From a virus: DNA of 64,000 nucleotides. Positions 8,177 to 19,800 of this stretch are shown piece by piece. The position numbers and the translations under genes were made by a program. Location: positions 22,640 to 86,639 of IMG/VR virus record IMGVR_UViG_3300042261_001452. One strand, 5' to 3'. The notes below the pieces were generated by a model. It worked only from the letters and a program-made list of their open reading frames with translations, ran no database searches and had not been told where the DNA came from. Position 1 is the first letter of the stretch; each line of letters begins with the position of its first letter.

Positions 8177-11100
8177 TTATTCGCCTTGATAGCCATATAT
8201 TGTAAGCTTCTGATCAAAATCTTTACTTCCGATTGTGAATGCACTAGCTAGCTTATCCTTAAGACCTTTACTTTCTGATTTGCTTTCTAGCATGATTGCA
8301 GGAATAGCATGACCAGCTTCATTGGTATCTGAGACTGTTGATGCGACTCTAGCGGCTGTCTTAACAGGGAAGAGTTTATCAGCTACTGAAGCGATCTTAT
8401 CAATTTCAAATGTTGATAGAGCCTTAATTGCACTCTCATAGGCGTCCATATCATTGGCTAGTCTGTTATTAGCAATTAGCCATGCTGCAATCTTAGTAGC
8501 CTGTTGCTCTCTAGCCTTAGCTATCTTAGAAACCTGATCCTCTCTTTGCTGGCGAACAACCTTTAACATTTCGTCATTAATTTCGGGCATATCCTTTTGA
8601 ATTTCCTTTTCATTACCCATATAAGCATTATTCATTGGTACATCTGGTCCCTTTAGAGGCTTATTAATTAGAGAATCAGCATCCTTTTCTTGACCCATAT
8701 AGGCTTCTTGACGAGGAACATCTGGTCCCTTATTTGGTGTATTGATAGCAGAATCGGCATCCTTTTCCTTGCCCATATAGGCATCTTTACGAGGAACATC
8801 GGCATCCTTTTCTACTGTATCAACTACTTTCATCTGCTTGGCTTCTTTTGTAACATTCTTGTCTCCAGCGATAACAGTTCCCTTGATTTCATTATTAATG
8901 GCTGGCATACCCTTTTGAGTATTGACTTCATCGCCCATTAGAGAATTACCGACTGGTACATCTGGTCCTTTTAGTGGCTTATTAATTAGAGAATTAGCAG
9001 ATTGTTCCTGTCCCATATAGGCATCCTTACGAGGAACATTTGGGCTATTCATTTTCTTATTAATTAGAGAATCAGCTTCCTTTTCTTTGCCCATATAGGC
9101 ATCTTTACGAGGAACGCCAGCTTCAACATTATTTTCAATTGTCTTTACTAATGTTGGAGTCTTGGCAATCTTTACGATTTCCTCTCCTACCTTTAATACT
9201 CTGTGACTTGCCATAGCTTCAACCTCCTTTGCTGTATTATCAGCTTTTGCCTTGCATTCTTCGCAATCGGCTTTATTACATTCGCATTCCTTTTTGCAAA
9301 TTTCCTTGACTTCATTTTTTTCTTCTTTTTTCTCTTCTTTCTTCTCTTCTGACTTTACAGGAGCCTTATCAGTCTTAGCTTCTTTAACAATTTCTACTTC
9401 AACTTCGGCTTCCTTTAGAGCAGGAAGATCAGAGCCAATATCCTTTTCTAGCTCAGCTTCTTTAGCAGCTACAACTTTCTTTTGTGCGGCGGCTACAGCT
9501 TCCTGATCAATCTTTTGAAGAGTGATTAGGTCGTATTTAGTAAGTCTATCTTCTTTACCAGCTACTACATCCTTTCCAAAAGCATGGACATAGATATTGT
9601 CTGCATGTTCAGAAGCTTTTGCTTTCTTAATGCAACCACAAATGTCACTTGCTTCCTTTAGATTATAGCCTTGCTTTTTCTGATCAGCAATGCATTCATC
9701 CATTGGGTCTTTTTGTAGAGAAGCTTCTGCTAGTCTTATCATATCCTTTACTTTTGTAAAAGCTAGTCTTTGGAGACTCTTACATACGCAATCTGCTAGA
9801 GCCTTACCCTTGCAAGGCCCGAAAGTCGCAACAGTATTTCCACCATAGCTTCTTGCCATTCTTTCAATACAATTTGCCATTGGGAAAGAATCCTTATTCT
9901 GAGTAGCGGCCTTTAGCATTTTGGTCATCTTTAGTGAAGATGCAAACTTAGCAGCCTTTTCTTCGCAACCTTGACACTTAGTATCATGTCTAAGATCCCA
10001 CTTGACTCTTAGATAGCTTTCTTTTGGATTTGCAGCAGCAATTAGAATATCTTTTACTACTTCAGTCTTGCAAGAAGGACAAGTGAATTCTGTATGACCA
10101 TCATCTTCCTTAGAGGCTGTGCAATTCTTTTTACCACAGGCAGGACAGACATGACCATGCGCCTTTACATTGCTACCAATTCTACGGATTGAACCCTTAT
10201 CAATTCTCGTCTGGGCAGCTACAGGTAGGGCTGGAACTTCTGCTGGAGCTTCTGGAGCCTCAGCACCTTCTGGTTCACCTTTCCCCGGAGTCTTACCTAC
10301 GCTTACGGTAGGCTTAATAATCTTAAACTCAACTTCTTTCTTTAGAAGAGCCTCATATTCTGCACCACACTTCTGACAAGTACCCTTAATATTTCCTTTG
10401 TCATTTGTAACATCAACATCAGATGTTCCGCATTCTGGACAGATTGTCCAAGGCATTTGTTGCTCGCCTACAGTTGGGATGTCTTCTGCAATTTCCTTCC
10501 CTTCTGCTGGGGCATCCATTGTAAGTGATTGGATTGCGTCGCCTTGTGGAGCAGCGCCCGGAAGAGCCTGTTCAGGAGCGCCAGAAGCAGCTACGCCACC
10601 GGGAGTACCGGGAACACCACCACCCATAGGAGACTGAGCTATTTTCTTAAGAGCTACTTTCTTTGAGGCCATAGTAGGAGCCATTGCGGGAGCGGCACCT
10701 GTGGGAGCAGCAGCGGGAGCGGCAGGTGGTAGGGCAGATAGAGCATCTACTCCTTCTCCTGTCATATCGCCTTCTGGAACAATCTCTTCTGTTTCGGGCT
10801 GAGTTGTATCGCCAACAGGAATTTCTACTTCTTGATCGCCTTCATCTGTTTGGACTGCAATCTGAATAGTATCACCACTAATAGTAACATTGGTTACAGC
10901 AGCTAGCTTAATATTCTGAGAGGCAAGTGCTCCTTTAGCAAAAGATCTTATATCCTTTTTAAAAGTTGCGCTTTCTTTCGTACTTCCAAGTTCAGAAAAA
11001 TTTGTTTCAATAACAGTATCAGCGCCATTTAACCCTTTTGGATTAAGAATGTTATTGGCTTGTCTTTTTTGACCTTTTTCAAGAGCAGCTAGAATTTCTT

Positions 11101-13705
11101 TTCTTTCTGTCTCTCTCTGTTTCTTTGAGTCAACAGCTTTATCAACTGTAGAAGCTAGAAGAGCATTTCTTAGTTCTTCCTTACGAGAAGTTTTCTTTAC
11201 TTCCTTTGTAGAAGCAAGTTTCTCTTCGACCTTCTTAGTGATTACTGGAACTGCTGTTTCTTCAGAGACAACTTCAAGAGCATCAATTAGAACATCAGGA
11301 TTAATTGTGGAATCTGTAGCAATTTTTCTTAGTCCACCAACAAGAATTTCGGCAATTTGCTGTTTTCCAGCACTTGCAACCTTTAGATTCTTATTGTTCC
11401 AGAATGCAATTCTCTTGGCATAATTAATATCTTCCTTATCTTCAGTCTGCTCAAGAATAGAAGTTGCTAGGTAATAACGATTCTTTACTGAATCTACCAT
11501 AGAAGAGGCAACTAGTTGAACTTCCTCAGGGGTGCAACCGGCAGTAATTATTGTATTTGCAGCAGCTTCAACAACAGCAGCCATGTGATCAGCGGCACTC
11601 TTAAACTGTTTAGGATCACGACTAGCTGATCTTGCCCAAGGAGCAGAGATATCATCAAGTTGTTTTTCAGTTATAACGTCTTTTTCAGACTTTGCACGAT
11701 AATCAGCTAACTGAGCCTGAGTAATCTGATTTGCATCAGTATTTTCTCTTACAGCCTCTAGTTGCTTTTCGCTAATAACTTCTGGAGTAGCATTTTCTCT
11801 CTTGGAGTCAAGTTGCTTTTCTGTAACAACTTCCTGCTCTCCCTTACGTTTAGCTTCTAGCTGGGCTTGAGTTACTTGTTCTGCATCAACGCCTGTTCTG
11901 GCATGATATAGATCTTTCTGCTCAAGTTGTTTTTCGGTAATTACTTCTGGAGCCTTATTCACAGAGGTAGCTCCTGCACTCTTATTTATTTCGGTTGCCA
12001 TATTTTCTCCTTCTTTTTGCTTTTTGGTTAGACTTGCAAATGTTTCTAATAACTTAATAGAAGCTTCTCTTGGTGAATTTTTAATTGTTGTTTTGTCATC
12101 TTCCGTCAAATCCTCATATGTCCAAACAATCCTATCTTCTTCAGAATTTAGTTTATTCTCTGCGACAATTATGAAAGAATCATCTTTCTTACTTATCGTC
12201 AGGCGATTTTCATTATCCTGAATAGAAGGCATTTCTTTTATATACTCGAAAAAGTCTTGTTTTTCCTTCCAAGAATTTGACAAAATTTGCATTACTCTCT
12301 CTTTCTGCTCATTTTTAGCAGCTAAAGTTCTTCTTTTAGACATATTAGACATATCTAAATCTCCCATTTTGTTCAGTTTTTCATTTAAATTTGCTACTTT
12401 TAAGAACATTTCTTCCTGTGATAGCTTATTGTTATTATTACTTATACTGCAAGAACAATTATTTTCTGCAACTTTTTGAATTATATTATCTTCTTGAGAG
12501 GCTTTTGGTCTAATAGGTGCCGTAATAGGTAGTTTAGGTAATTTTAATGCGGAAGACTTAGCAGGAGCAGAAGCAGGTGTTTCTACTGTTGCAGGAGTTG
12601 CTTCTGGTGTTTCTTCGGCACTAATAGGTGTTGGAACAGCCCCACCAGCAGCAGGAGTATTAGGAGTAGGTACAGGAGCAGGAGCGGGAGCAGCAGGAGC
12701 TTGTCCTTCTTCTACATTGCCTGCTGTTCCGGGGACTCCACTATCTTGAAGATTGCCATAACCAGCACCAACTAGTTCATCTACCCATGTTTGTAAATTA
12801 GAAAGAATCTCTACAAGATCAGTAGAAAACTCCATTTCTACTTGTTTTCTATTCTTAATTAAATTAATAGCGATATTTTCTAGTGTTTGTAAAACTTGCT
12901 CTAAGTCTTTAATTTCTTGTTGACCAGCAGTTTTATTTAAAGAAGCTGTCTTAACTAGATAATCTCTTACTGTATTTTCAAGGTTAGCAGCTTTTGTTAG
13001 AAAATCATCATTATGAATAATTCCTTGAATATGGCATGTTGGGCAAGCAGGATCTACTACTGCACTTAATTCAATAAACTTAAGGCCATAATTATACTCA
13101 TAAACTGGATGATCTTTAAATGTCTTAAATTCTCCAGTTATTACATCTCTTGCTTTTCCACTGAATTTTCTACCTTTCTTTTCTTTAATATGAGAACAAT
13201 ATTGCTCTGTTTTTTCGGCCTTATTATGACAAATATTACATACAGAATATTCAACGCTGCAACCCATCGAAACACCACTCACGTATTCTTCTTCAATACC
13301 TCTGCAAATATCTGGATAAGCATCTCTATCTACGAAAGCTACTGTATAAACTGATTTATCTGAGGGATTCCATCTTGCAAAAATTACTTTTCCTCTAGCA
13401 TTTTCAATATTTTGATTATTATGATTTGTAAATATTGGTACTCCTTCAAAGGTCTTATAAGCTTTTACAAGTTCTTCTTCTGAGAAATAATCTCCATTAG
13501 AATTCATCTTATTGGCTTCAATAGCTTTTGCTTCGAAAAATAAGGCATTTGGATGCTTTTTAATCTCAGCAGAAACAATCTTAGATACCTCACTAGAAGG
13601 ATCAATATTAATGCGACCAGAAGCAGCAGTCCGCATCATATAATTAGAACCATTATTTTCTATTGGAGTAACATTAGAAAATGATAAAGCTATTTTTCTT
13701 AACAT
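8177..13705 (-). CDS. Prohead protease (clan SH)-scaffold fusion, 1842 aa
   Basis: N-terminal FTNH...VSMG...FIELSAV with Zn-ribbon insert; low-complexity scaffold with CxxC pairs and internal repeats; lies between portal and MCP. Confidence 0.8.
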   Translation of the reverse strand: MLRKIALSFSNVTPIENNGSNYMMRTAASGRINIDPSSEVSKIVSAEIKKHPNALFFEAKAIEANKMNSNGDYFSEEELVKAYKTFEGVPIFTNHNNQNIENARGKVIFARWNPSDKSVYTVAFVDRDAYPDICRGIEEEYVSGVSMGCSVEYSVCNICHNKAEKTEQYCSHIKEKKGRKFSGKARDVITGEFKTFKDHPVYEYNYGLKFIELSAVVDPACPTCHIQGIIHNDDFLTKAANLENTVRDYLVKTASLNKTAGQQEIKDLEQVLQTLENIAINLIKNRKQVEMEFSTDLVEILSNLQTWVDELVGAGYGNLQDSGVPGTAGNVEEGQAPAAPAPAPVPTPNTPAAGGAVPTPISAEETPEATPATVETPASAPAKSSALKLPKLPITAPIRPKASQEDNIIQKVAENNCSCSISNNNNKLSQEEMFLKVANLNEKLNKMGDLDMSNMSKRRTLAAKNEQKERVMQILSNSWKEKQDFFEYIKEMPSIQDNENRLTISKKDDSFIIVAENKLNSEEDRIVWTYEDLTEDDKTTIKNSPREASIKLLETFASLTKKQKEGENMATEINKSAGATSVNKAPEVITEKQLEQKDLYHARTGVDAEQVTQAQLEAKRKGEQEVVTEKQLDSKRENATPEVISEKQLEAVRENTDANQITQAQLADYRAKSEKDVITEKQLDDISAPWARSASRDPKQFKSAADHMAAVVEAAANTIITAGCTPEEVQLVASSMVDSVKNRYYLATSILEQTEDKEDINYAKRIAFWNNKNLKVASAGKQQIAEILVGGLRKIATDSTINPDVLIDALEVVSEETAVPVITKKVEEKLASTKEVKKTSRKEELRNALLASTVDKAVDSKKQRETERKEILAALEKGQKRQANNILNPKGLNGADTVIETNFSELGSTKESATFKKDIRSFAKGALASQNIKLAAVTNVTISGDTIQIAVQTDEGDQEVEIPVGDTTQPETEEIVPEGDMTGEGVDALSALPPAAPAAAPTGAAPAMAPTMASKKVALKKIAQSPMGGGVPGTPGGVAASGAPEQALPGAAPQGDAIQSLTMDAPAEGKEIAEDIPTVGEQQMPWTICPECGTSDVDVTNDKGNIKGTCQKCGAEYEALLKKEVEFKIIKPTVSVGKTPGKGEPEGAEAPEAPAEVPALPVAAQTRIDKGSIRRIGSNVKAHGHVCPACGKKNCTASKEDDGHTEFTCPSCKTEVVKDILIAAANPKESYLRVKWDLRHDTKCQGCEEKAAKFASSLKMTKMLKAATQNKDSFPMANCIERMARSYGGNTVATFGPCKGKALADCVCKSLQRLAFTKVKDMIRLAEASLQKDPMDECIADQKKQGYNLKEASDICGCIKKAKASEHADNIYVHAFGKDVVAGKEDRLTKYDLITLQKIDQEAVAAAQKKVVAAKEAELEKDIGSDLPALKEAEVEVEIVKEAKTDKAPVKSEEKKEEKKEEKNEVKEICKKECECNKADCEECKAKADNTAKEVEAMASHRVLKVGEEIVKIAKTPTLVKTIENNVEAGVPRKDAYMGKEKEADSLINKKMNSPNVPRKDAYMGQEQSANSLINKPLKGPDVPVGNSLMGDEVNTQKGMPAINNEIKGTVIAGDKNVTKEAKQMKVVDTVEKDADVPRKDAYMGKEKDADSAINTPNKGPDVPRQEAYMGQEKDADSLINKPLKGPDVPMNNAYMGNEKEIQKDMPEINDEMLKVVRQQREDQVSKIAKAREQQATKIAAWLIANNRLANDMDAYESAIKALSTFEIDKIASVADKLFPVKTAARVASTVSDTNEAGHAIPAIMLESKSESKGLKDKLASAFTIGSKDFDQKLTIYGYQGE
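8580..9118 (-). repeat. Coding repeat VPRKDAYMGxExxADSLINK (about 6 copies in two blocks)
   Basis: Visible in the translation and as DNA repeats (gcccatataggcatctttacgaggaac). Confidence 0.85.
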
Positions 13706-13721
13706 GTTTTTTTCCTAATTT

Positions 13722-16304
13722 TTATCTATTTATATATTTTCTAATTATTTTATGAATTTCCTCTGCGGCACCAAACTTTCCATTGTCATCTAAATCACTA
13801 GCTATTTTTACTAGGTTTTTAATAGTATAGCTAAGAACATCCTCCTCTTCTATCTCTGGAGTAGGTGCTGGTTTTTTCTTTTTAGGATTTTTAGGATTTT
13901 TAGGAATTATTGGTTCATCCATCTGTAAATCCATCTCATCTAATTCTAGTTCTGGTTCTGTAATAGAAGGAGTTGGAATAGATCTTCTAGGAGGTCTTTT
14001 AACTTGAGGAACATCTTGTGTAATATCTGTAATCTCCATCTCATCTAATTCAGGATCTGGAGTTTCTTGATTCTTACGAAGATTTGGATTAACAGGTTTA
14101 TTTTGTTCTTCAGGCATTTCTAAATCGTCCATAAGATCTGGAACAATTGCATCCTCATCCATCGTTGAATTTTCCCCTGTTTTATCTTCTGCTTCAGCTC
14201 TATCTTCTGCTTCAGCCTTATCTTCAATAGTAGGAATATCCATTCGTGGGGCCTTACTAATACTACCATACATCTTTCCGATATATTGCTCAACTAAGGC
14301 ACGATTAACCTTTTCAGCTTCAACAAGGGATATAGGAGTAGGAGCCTTATCTCTTTTTTCTTTTGCATCTATAGCCATTTTTGATAATACAGTAGAATTT
14401 AATTGAAGGTCCATATTTTCCGTAAGAGAACCAAAAGTATTTTCATCAATAGCTCTATTTATTCTACCTCTTGTAGCAGGAATAATATTTTCAGCTTCTG
14501 TTCCAGCCCAAGTAATATTTGCCCATAGGAGAAGTTCTTTTGGATCACGAAGGCCTTTTTCTTGCTTTGTTTTTTCCTCGATAAGAGATCTTTTCGTAGC
14601 AATTGCCTTTTGCAATGCTCCAGAATAGGTATATTTCTCTGTCTTTTTCCCCTTTTTCTTTGCTTTTGCTTTATTTTCTGCAAGTTCAGATTTAATTAAG
14701 TCTAAATGATCCTTTACACTCTCTGGGGTAAATTCTCCCTTGCCTTTGACTTGAGGATGTTTTCTAATTATTAATTGGCAATAACTAGCAATGCTTTCTG
14801 GAGTAATATCAGATTCTTTAACTTGTTGCCCACCAGCGGCTTTAGAGGCAATTAATTCTTTAATAGCTGTTAATACTAAAATTTTAGTATCAAGATCTCT
14901 TTCTTTATCTTCTGGAACTTTAAGAGCAGTATATGTAACTTGTCCTGCTTTTCCGGGATATCTAAATTCAGTAACTGTACATTTAGATGGAAGCAAAGAA
15001 GCAGTTGCTAAATCGCCTTTTTTAATAAGATCTGCTTTCATATTGCTTATTGTCCTAGTAAGAATTTTCATTCCTACATAATCAATATCTTCTTCAAGAC
15101 TTCTAGCAAATTGTTCTCTAGTCATACTCATTTGGGCAGCAGCTTTATCCATCGCTTGTTCAAAAATTGCTTGTGCTTGTGGCCCTTTATGTCTAAAGCA
15201 TGTTTCTAGAAGTTTCAAAATACCTCTTGCGCTAAGAGCGACTTCGGCAGGTCCATCTAGAGGAGCAACTTGTTCGCCAACAGCACGGCCATTAGAACCT
15301 AAGAAATTTTGAATACCTGTAATTTCTATAGACTCCCATTTCTTTTGAGATTCTTCTCCTTCTGCTCCAAGTTCTCCAAAAGTAGGAGCATTTAATGGCA
15401 TTGCCTTGGTAGTATATTGAAGATCATCGCCATTTTTACAAATTGATGCTTCTAATTCTTTACGCAAGGCTTCTGCTTCTGCATTGTATTCTGTAGGATT
15501 AAAGTTAGGGATTGCAGTTGGATCTCCGCGCCTTTGTTTTTCCATTTCTTGGGCGATTTGCTCATCATTCATATATGGAATGTTAAAGTTTGAAATTACT
15601 GCTTCAAATATTTTATTAACAAACTTACTTAAATGAGACTTAACTAATTCAGGTGTTAATTGACCATATTTTTTAACAAATCCACCATATAAATTAAGCA
15701 TATCTGCCCTATATCTTAAAAGTGCATCTCTTGTTTTTTCTTCGGTACTTTTTCTAGTATAAGTAGGCTGTTTAATTTTCGCATACCCGATTTCTTTTGG
15801 TGTTTCAATAGAGGCAATTTCTGGATAATCTTCTTGAATAGCCTTTAAAAGAGCATCAGGAGTTGCTGGAATCCCTTTGCTTGCGATATATTTTCTGGCA
15901 AGTGCTCTTTCGTCTTTTGGACATCTATACGGTCCTAATGCTAATGCCCAAAGACCTTCTCCACTTCTAAAACCTATAAGAACACAATATAGTTTCTGAG
16001 CCTGTTTTATTGAAATATTATATTTGGTCATATAATAAGAAATACGTTCAAAATATTCGCGTTTAATATTAGCTAGAGTTCTATTATAATAACTCATTTG
16101 TGCTCTTTCTTCTCTAGTTGGAAGACTTGGATCTATAGGCATGCTATTTTCTATTAACTTATTCCATTCTCTAGCCCTACCATCCATAATATCTGTTAGA
16201 TTATAAAACCAATCGGGTTGCTCTTTATAATGGCGAGCCTTTCGACCAGCAATTCCCATTGCTTCCTTTAATAAATAATCTCTTAATAAATTAAATGTGA
16301 CCAT
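13722..16304 (-). CDS. Hypothetical 860-aa probable virion protein
   Basis: Leader MVTFNLLRDYLLKEA; acidic Pro-rich tail; C-terminal LVKIASDLDDNG helix. Confidence 0.7.
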   Translation of the reverse strand: MVTFNLLRDYLLKEAMGIAGRKARHYKEQPDWFYNLTDIMDGRAREWNKLIENSMPIDPSLPTREERAQMSYYNRTLANIKREYFERISYYMTKYNISIKQAQKLYCVLIGFRSGEGLWALALGPYRCPKDERALARKYIASKGIPATPDALLKAIQEDYPEIASIETPKEIGYAKIKQPTYTRKSTEEKTRDALLRYRADMLNLYGGFVKKYGQLTPELVKSHLSKFVNKIFEAVISNFNIPYMNDEQIAQEMEKQRRGDPTAIPNFNPTEYNAEAEALRKELEASICKNGDDLQYTTKAMPLNAPTFGELGAEGEESQKKWESIEITGIQNFLGSNGRAVGEQVAPLDGPAEVALSARGILKLLETCFRHKGPQAQAIFEQAMDKAAAQMSMTREQFARSLEEDIDYVGMKILTRTISNMKADLIKKGDLATASLLPSKCTVTEFRYPGKAGQVTYTALKVPEDKERDLDTKILVLTAIKELIASKAAGGQQVKESDITPESIASYCQLIIRKHPQVKGKGEFTPESVKDHLDLIKSELAENKAKAKKKGKKTEKYTYSGALQKAIATKRSLIEEKTKQEKGLRDPKELLLWANITWAGTEAENIIPATRGRINRAIDENTFGSLTENMDLQLNSTVLSKMAIDAKEKRDKAPTPISLVEAEKVNRALVEQYIGKMYGSISKAPRMDIPTIEDKAEAEDRAEAEDKTGENSTMDEDAIVPDLMDDLEMPEEQNKPVNPNLRKNQETPDPELDEMEITDITQDVPQVKRPPRRSIPTPSITEPELELDEMDLQMDEPIIPKNPKNPKKKKPAPTPEIEEEDVLSYTIKNLVKIASDLDDNGKFGAAEEIHKIIRKYINR

Positions 16305-16308
16305 ATTT

Positions 16309-16797
16309 TTACTCCTTATAAGAACCCTTTGAATCTTTTGAATCTTTTGAATCTTTTGAATCTAAAGCTGCATCTCTATCAGGTTCTTCTTCCTTATATT
16401 CCTCTTTCCATTTCTTTATTCTCGATTTAATATCGTATAATTGGGCAGATGTATAGGGCTTCATTTTGGCAGGAATTGGAACCCCCCATGTTTCAAAAGC
16501 ATATTTAGCAGCACTATCCATGCTATCAAAATATTTACCACTGGCAGAATAAGTAGCTGGTAATTTTCTTACTCCAGCAAAGAATTTCTCTTTAGGAGCA
16601 TGAATATTTGCTGGACCAATAATACAATAATATTCATCTCCTTCTGAGGACATTCCCTCAAAACGAAAATAACTTCCAGATCCTATTACAGCAGCAAATT
16701 GCTTCTTTAAGAAAGATGTTTTAACAGTATATTTCTCTTTCCAAATTATCTTTTTCTCTACTAACTTTTCTCTGGCATATATAAGTATATTTGACAT
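16309..16797 (-). CDS. Hypothetical protein, DSK repeats at C-terminus
   Basis: ORF track (TTG 16821); ATG 16797 preferred; late promoter at 16841-16865. Confidence 0.65.
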   Translation of the reverse strand: MSNILIYAREKLVEKKIIWKEKYTVKTSFLKKQFAAVIGSGSYFRFEGMSSEGDEYYCIIGPANIHAPKEKFFAGVRKLPATYSASGKYFDSMDSAAKYAFETWGVPIPAKMKPYTSAQLYDIKSRIKKWKEEYKEEEPDRDAALDSKDSKDSKDSKGSYKE

Positions 16798-16870
16798 TTT
16801 TCTATTTAATCCGATACTCAATTGAAAATACCTTTTTTAATTCAAGAAAATATAATTATATTCCTTCCTT

Positions 16871-19800
16871 TCAAGAATTAGCAGGCGAATTATTTTGATT
16901 CTTTTCTGCCTGAGCAACTTGATTTTGGAAATACATTTGTTTTTGCATTACAGTCTTAACAATCTTTTGTATTACTTGAGGCATTCTTTTATCTACATCT
17001 GTATCCCAAAATCTTACTGTAGTCCAGCCTTGTTGAGCCAATAACTTATCTCTTTCTTGATCTTTAGCCTTTTGCTTAGGAGCAGTATGGAAGATTTCTC
17101 CATCTACTTCTACTGCAACCTTAAGTTGAGGGAAAGCAAAGTCAATAACATATTCTTCCCCATTAGCTTGCACTCTATATTGAGGAACAATTACTAAATT
17201 TCCTAATAGTCCATCATTTTGAGCTTGTTTAAGAGGGCCTATTAATTTTCTTTCTGCTCCAGTAAAGGCAATTCTTCCCTTTTCATCTCTTATTTGTCCA
17301 TCTGTGCCTTTTTCATATGAAATTTCACTTGCCTTTGTTTCATGTCTTTGTTGTCTCATTTGATCACTAAGAAATTTGGCTCTTGTCTTTTGTTTTAGAA
17401 TTTTTCCACCAAATTGACCCGGATCAGCTACTTCAGCAGTAACAGAAGATGCCTTTGAAATTGGAGGCCCACCTACACCACCGCCAACAGGTTCAGATGG
17501 TGCGCCCATATCTCCACCGGGGGCTATTGGGGGTTCTCCGCCTCCGCCTCCGCCTCCTCCACCGCCACCACCAAGCATTGCGCCTAATCCTCCTAATCCA
17601 CCGCCCCCTCCACCGGAACCGCCTGCTTCTCCTTGTTGACCTTGACCCAATGCCATCATTTGTAGTGAGTCATATTTCTTTCTCTCAATTTCCTGATCTG
17701 GATCAAAATCAAAGGCTTCCAATACTGTTTGAGCACTTAATAATCCTTTCTCATATAATTGAATTACAAATTGTCTATATTGTTGTTGATCTCTTAAATG
17801 CATTGAATTCCATTTAATTTTAGGAACAATATATTCTATCTCTTCCCCTTCATCATCCTCGTCAATAAATCCTTGTCTTTTAGCTTCTGGAATATAAATT
17901 GATTCCATCAGCCAAGAAGTAATACTCTCTCTAAATGTAGTTAATCTTTGAATCATTGCTTCAATACCAACTGCTGCTGCGCTATTCCCATGAACGCCAA
18001 ATAAGCCATTTCTTTCAGTAATTATAAAATGGTTTGGAACTTCGACACACCAAACCTTACCTACATAATCTTCATCAAAAATAACTTGTTTGCTAGTTTG
18101 TGACTCAGTAGCCATATCTCTAGAAGTTAGCGTTGGAAATCTTCCAATATTTTCTTTGTCAGACCAGCTTATCGTATATTGCGTTTGTAGATTTGGACTA
18201 TCAAACATAATCTTAGTAAATCTTGGACTATATCCTAATTTAAGCAATATTTCTATTACGTCATCTCGTAATTGTGTTGAAACGGTTGTATAGCTATAAC
18301 ATTTTTTATCTGTTGGCTTTTTCTTTGTTGCATCTCTTTCGCTGCCATCTCCATCTACCAACGCCTCTAGTAAAATAGCTAGATTTTTAGAATCCATATT
18401 TTTTAATTCATATGGAAGACACTTCGTATTTGCTTTATCTCCAGTATTATTTGCTAAATATTGAACAAGTTCTCTATTCATAGAATTTGAAATAATAAAA
18501 GCATCAAGATTAGATGGAAGAGTATGAAAAATATTATTAGCCTCTAAAGTATTTTTCATTTTAGCATATGTAATTCTATTAGCTGTAGAACTTTGAGCGA
18601 TTCCTATTGAATAAATGTTGCCAGTATTTGCATCTTTTATTTTCCATCCTTCACTAACATACCATCCAACAATTTTTAAGAAATCAGGAGTCTTTATCCC
18701 AAAATATTCTCCTTTATCTTCCGTTGTTCCATTCCATTTATCAACACAAGCTCTAAATCTATAGCGATTTTTAACTTTTGAAGCATCCATTACTTGCCAA
18801 TTGCCATATTCTTCTTTTTTAAATGAAATTTTTCTAGGAGCGCAGAGCATCTTATGGTTTGGAGTAACTAACATATCGATTCTCTTGGTCAAAAAATGTT
18901 TCATCGGAGCATCTTTTCCATCAACAGAATTATAATTATATTCCCACTTTTTGATAGCCTTTTGATATTCTAATGCTCCTGTTTCCTTATTAAAAGTAGC
19001 TATTAGATCTTTTTCAATATCTAATTCTGACCTATACTTTAATCCATTGTTAGTTAATATTCTGGAATCATCTGACAGGCAAAAATTAGGGCCTTCGCCG
19101 TTTAATAATGCATTATTAATCATCATACCATCAAGTATTTCTTGATTAATAAATTCAAACTCATTATTTAATGTTAAGATTTTTCCAGAAGCGCCAACGA
19201 AGTCGATATCAAATGCATGGTGAGTAATAATTGCAAGATTAGGATCATTGGCTGTTGCAGCTACGCTTGCCTGAACTGCTGCAATATCGGCTGGGCCAGC
19301 AGGACGTTCATCACTACCTACTTTAACTAATTTAATAGGAACTATTAATCTTTCAGCAACAATCCATTGAGCAACCATTAATTTTGTCTTATAAGAAAGA
19401 GTAGGAAATAATCTTCTTACCATACCAATTCCATATTTTTCATATCCACATTCGCCATATTTAAGGTGAGAAACATTGCGATTATCAAGTCTAATAGGTT
19501 GGCCACTAGCAATTAATTTAATTACTTCAGGTGATAATTTTTCATATCCGGGAATTTTCCTTGATACCATATTTATTAGTTCTTCATCTGGTCTTAAGGC
19601 AATTATTGGCTCTGGATTAAGTGGATTGGTTAGTACCTCTACATAGTCTGGATTTAAAATAATTAGTCTTTTTACAGTTCCACCATTATGTTCGCAAATA
19701 TCAGTTCCAATTCTTCCAGACCCATTACATTCTGGGCAAGATATTTCTACCATTGGGAAACAATCTCCAAGAAGATGAACTTCATGGCTAATTAATCGGC

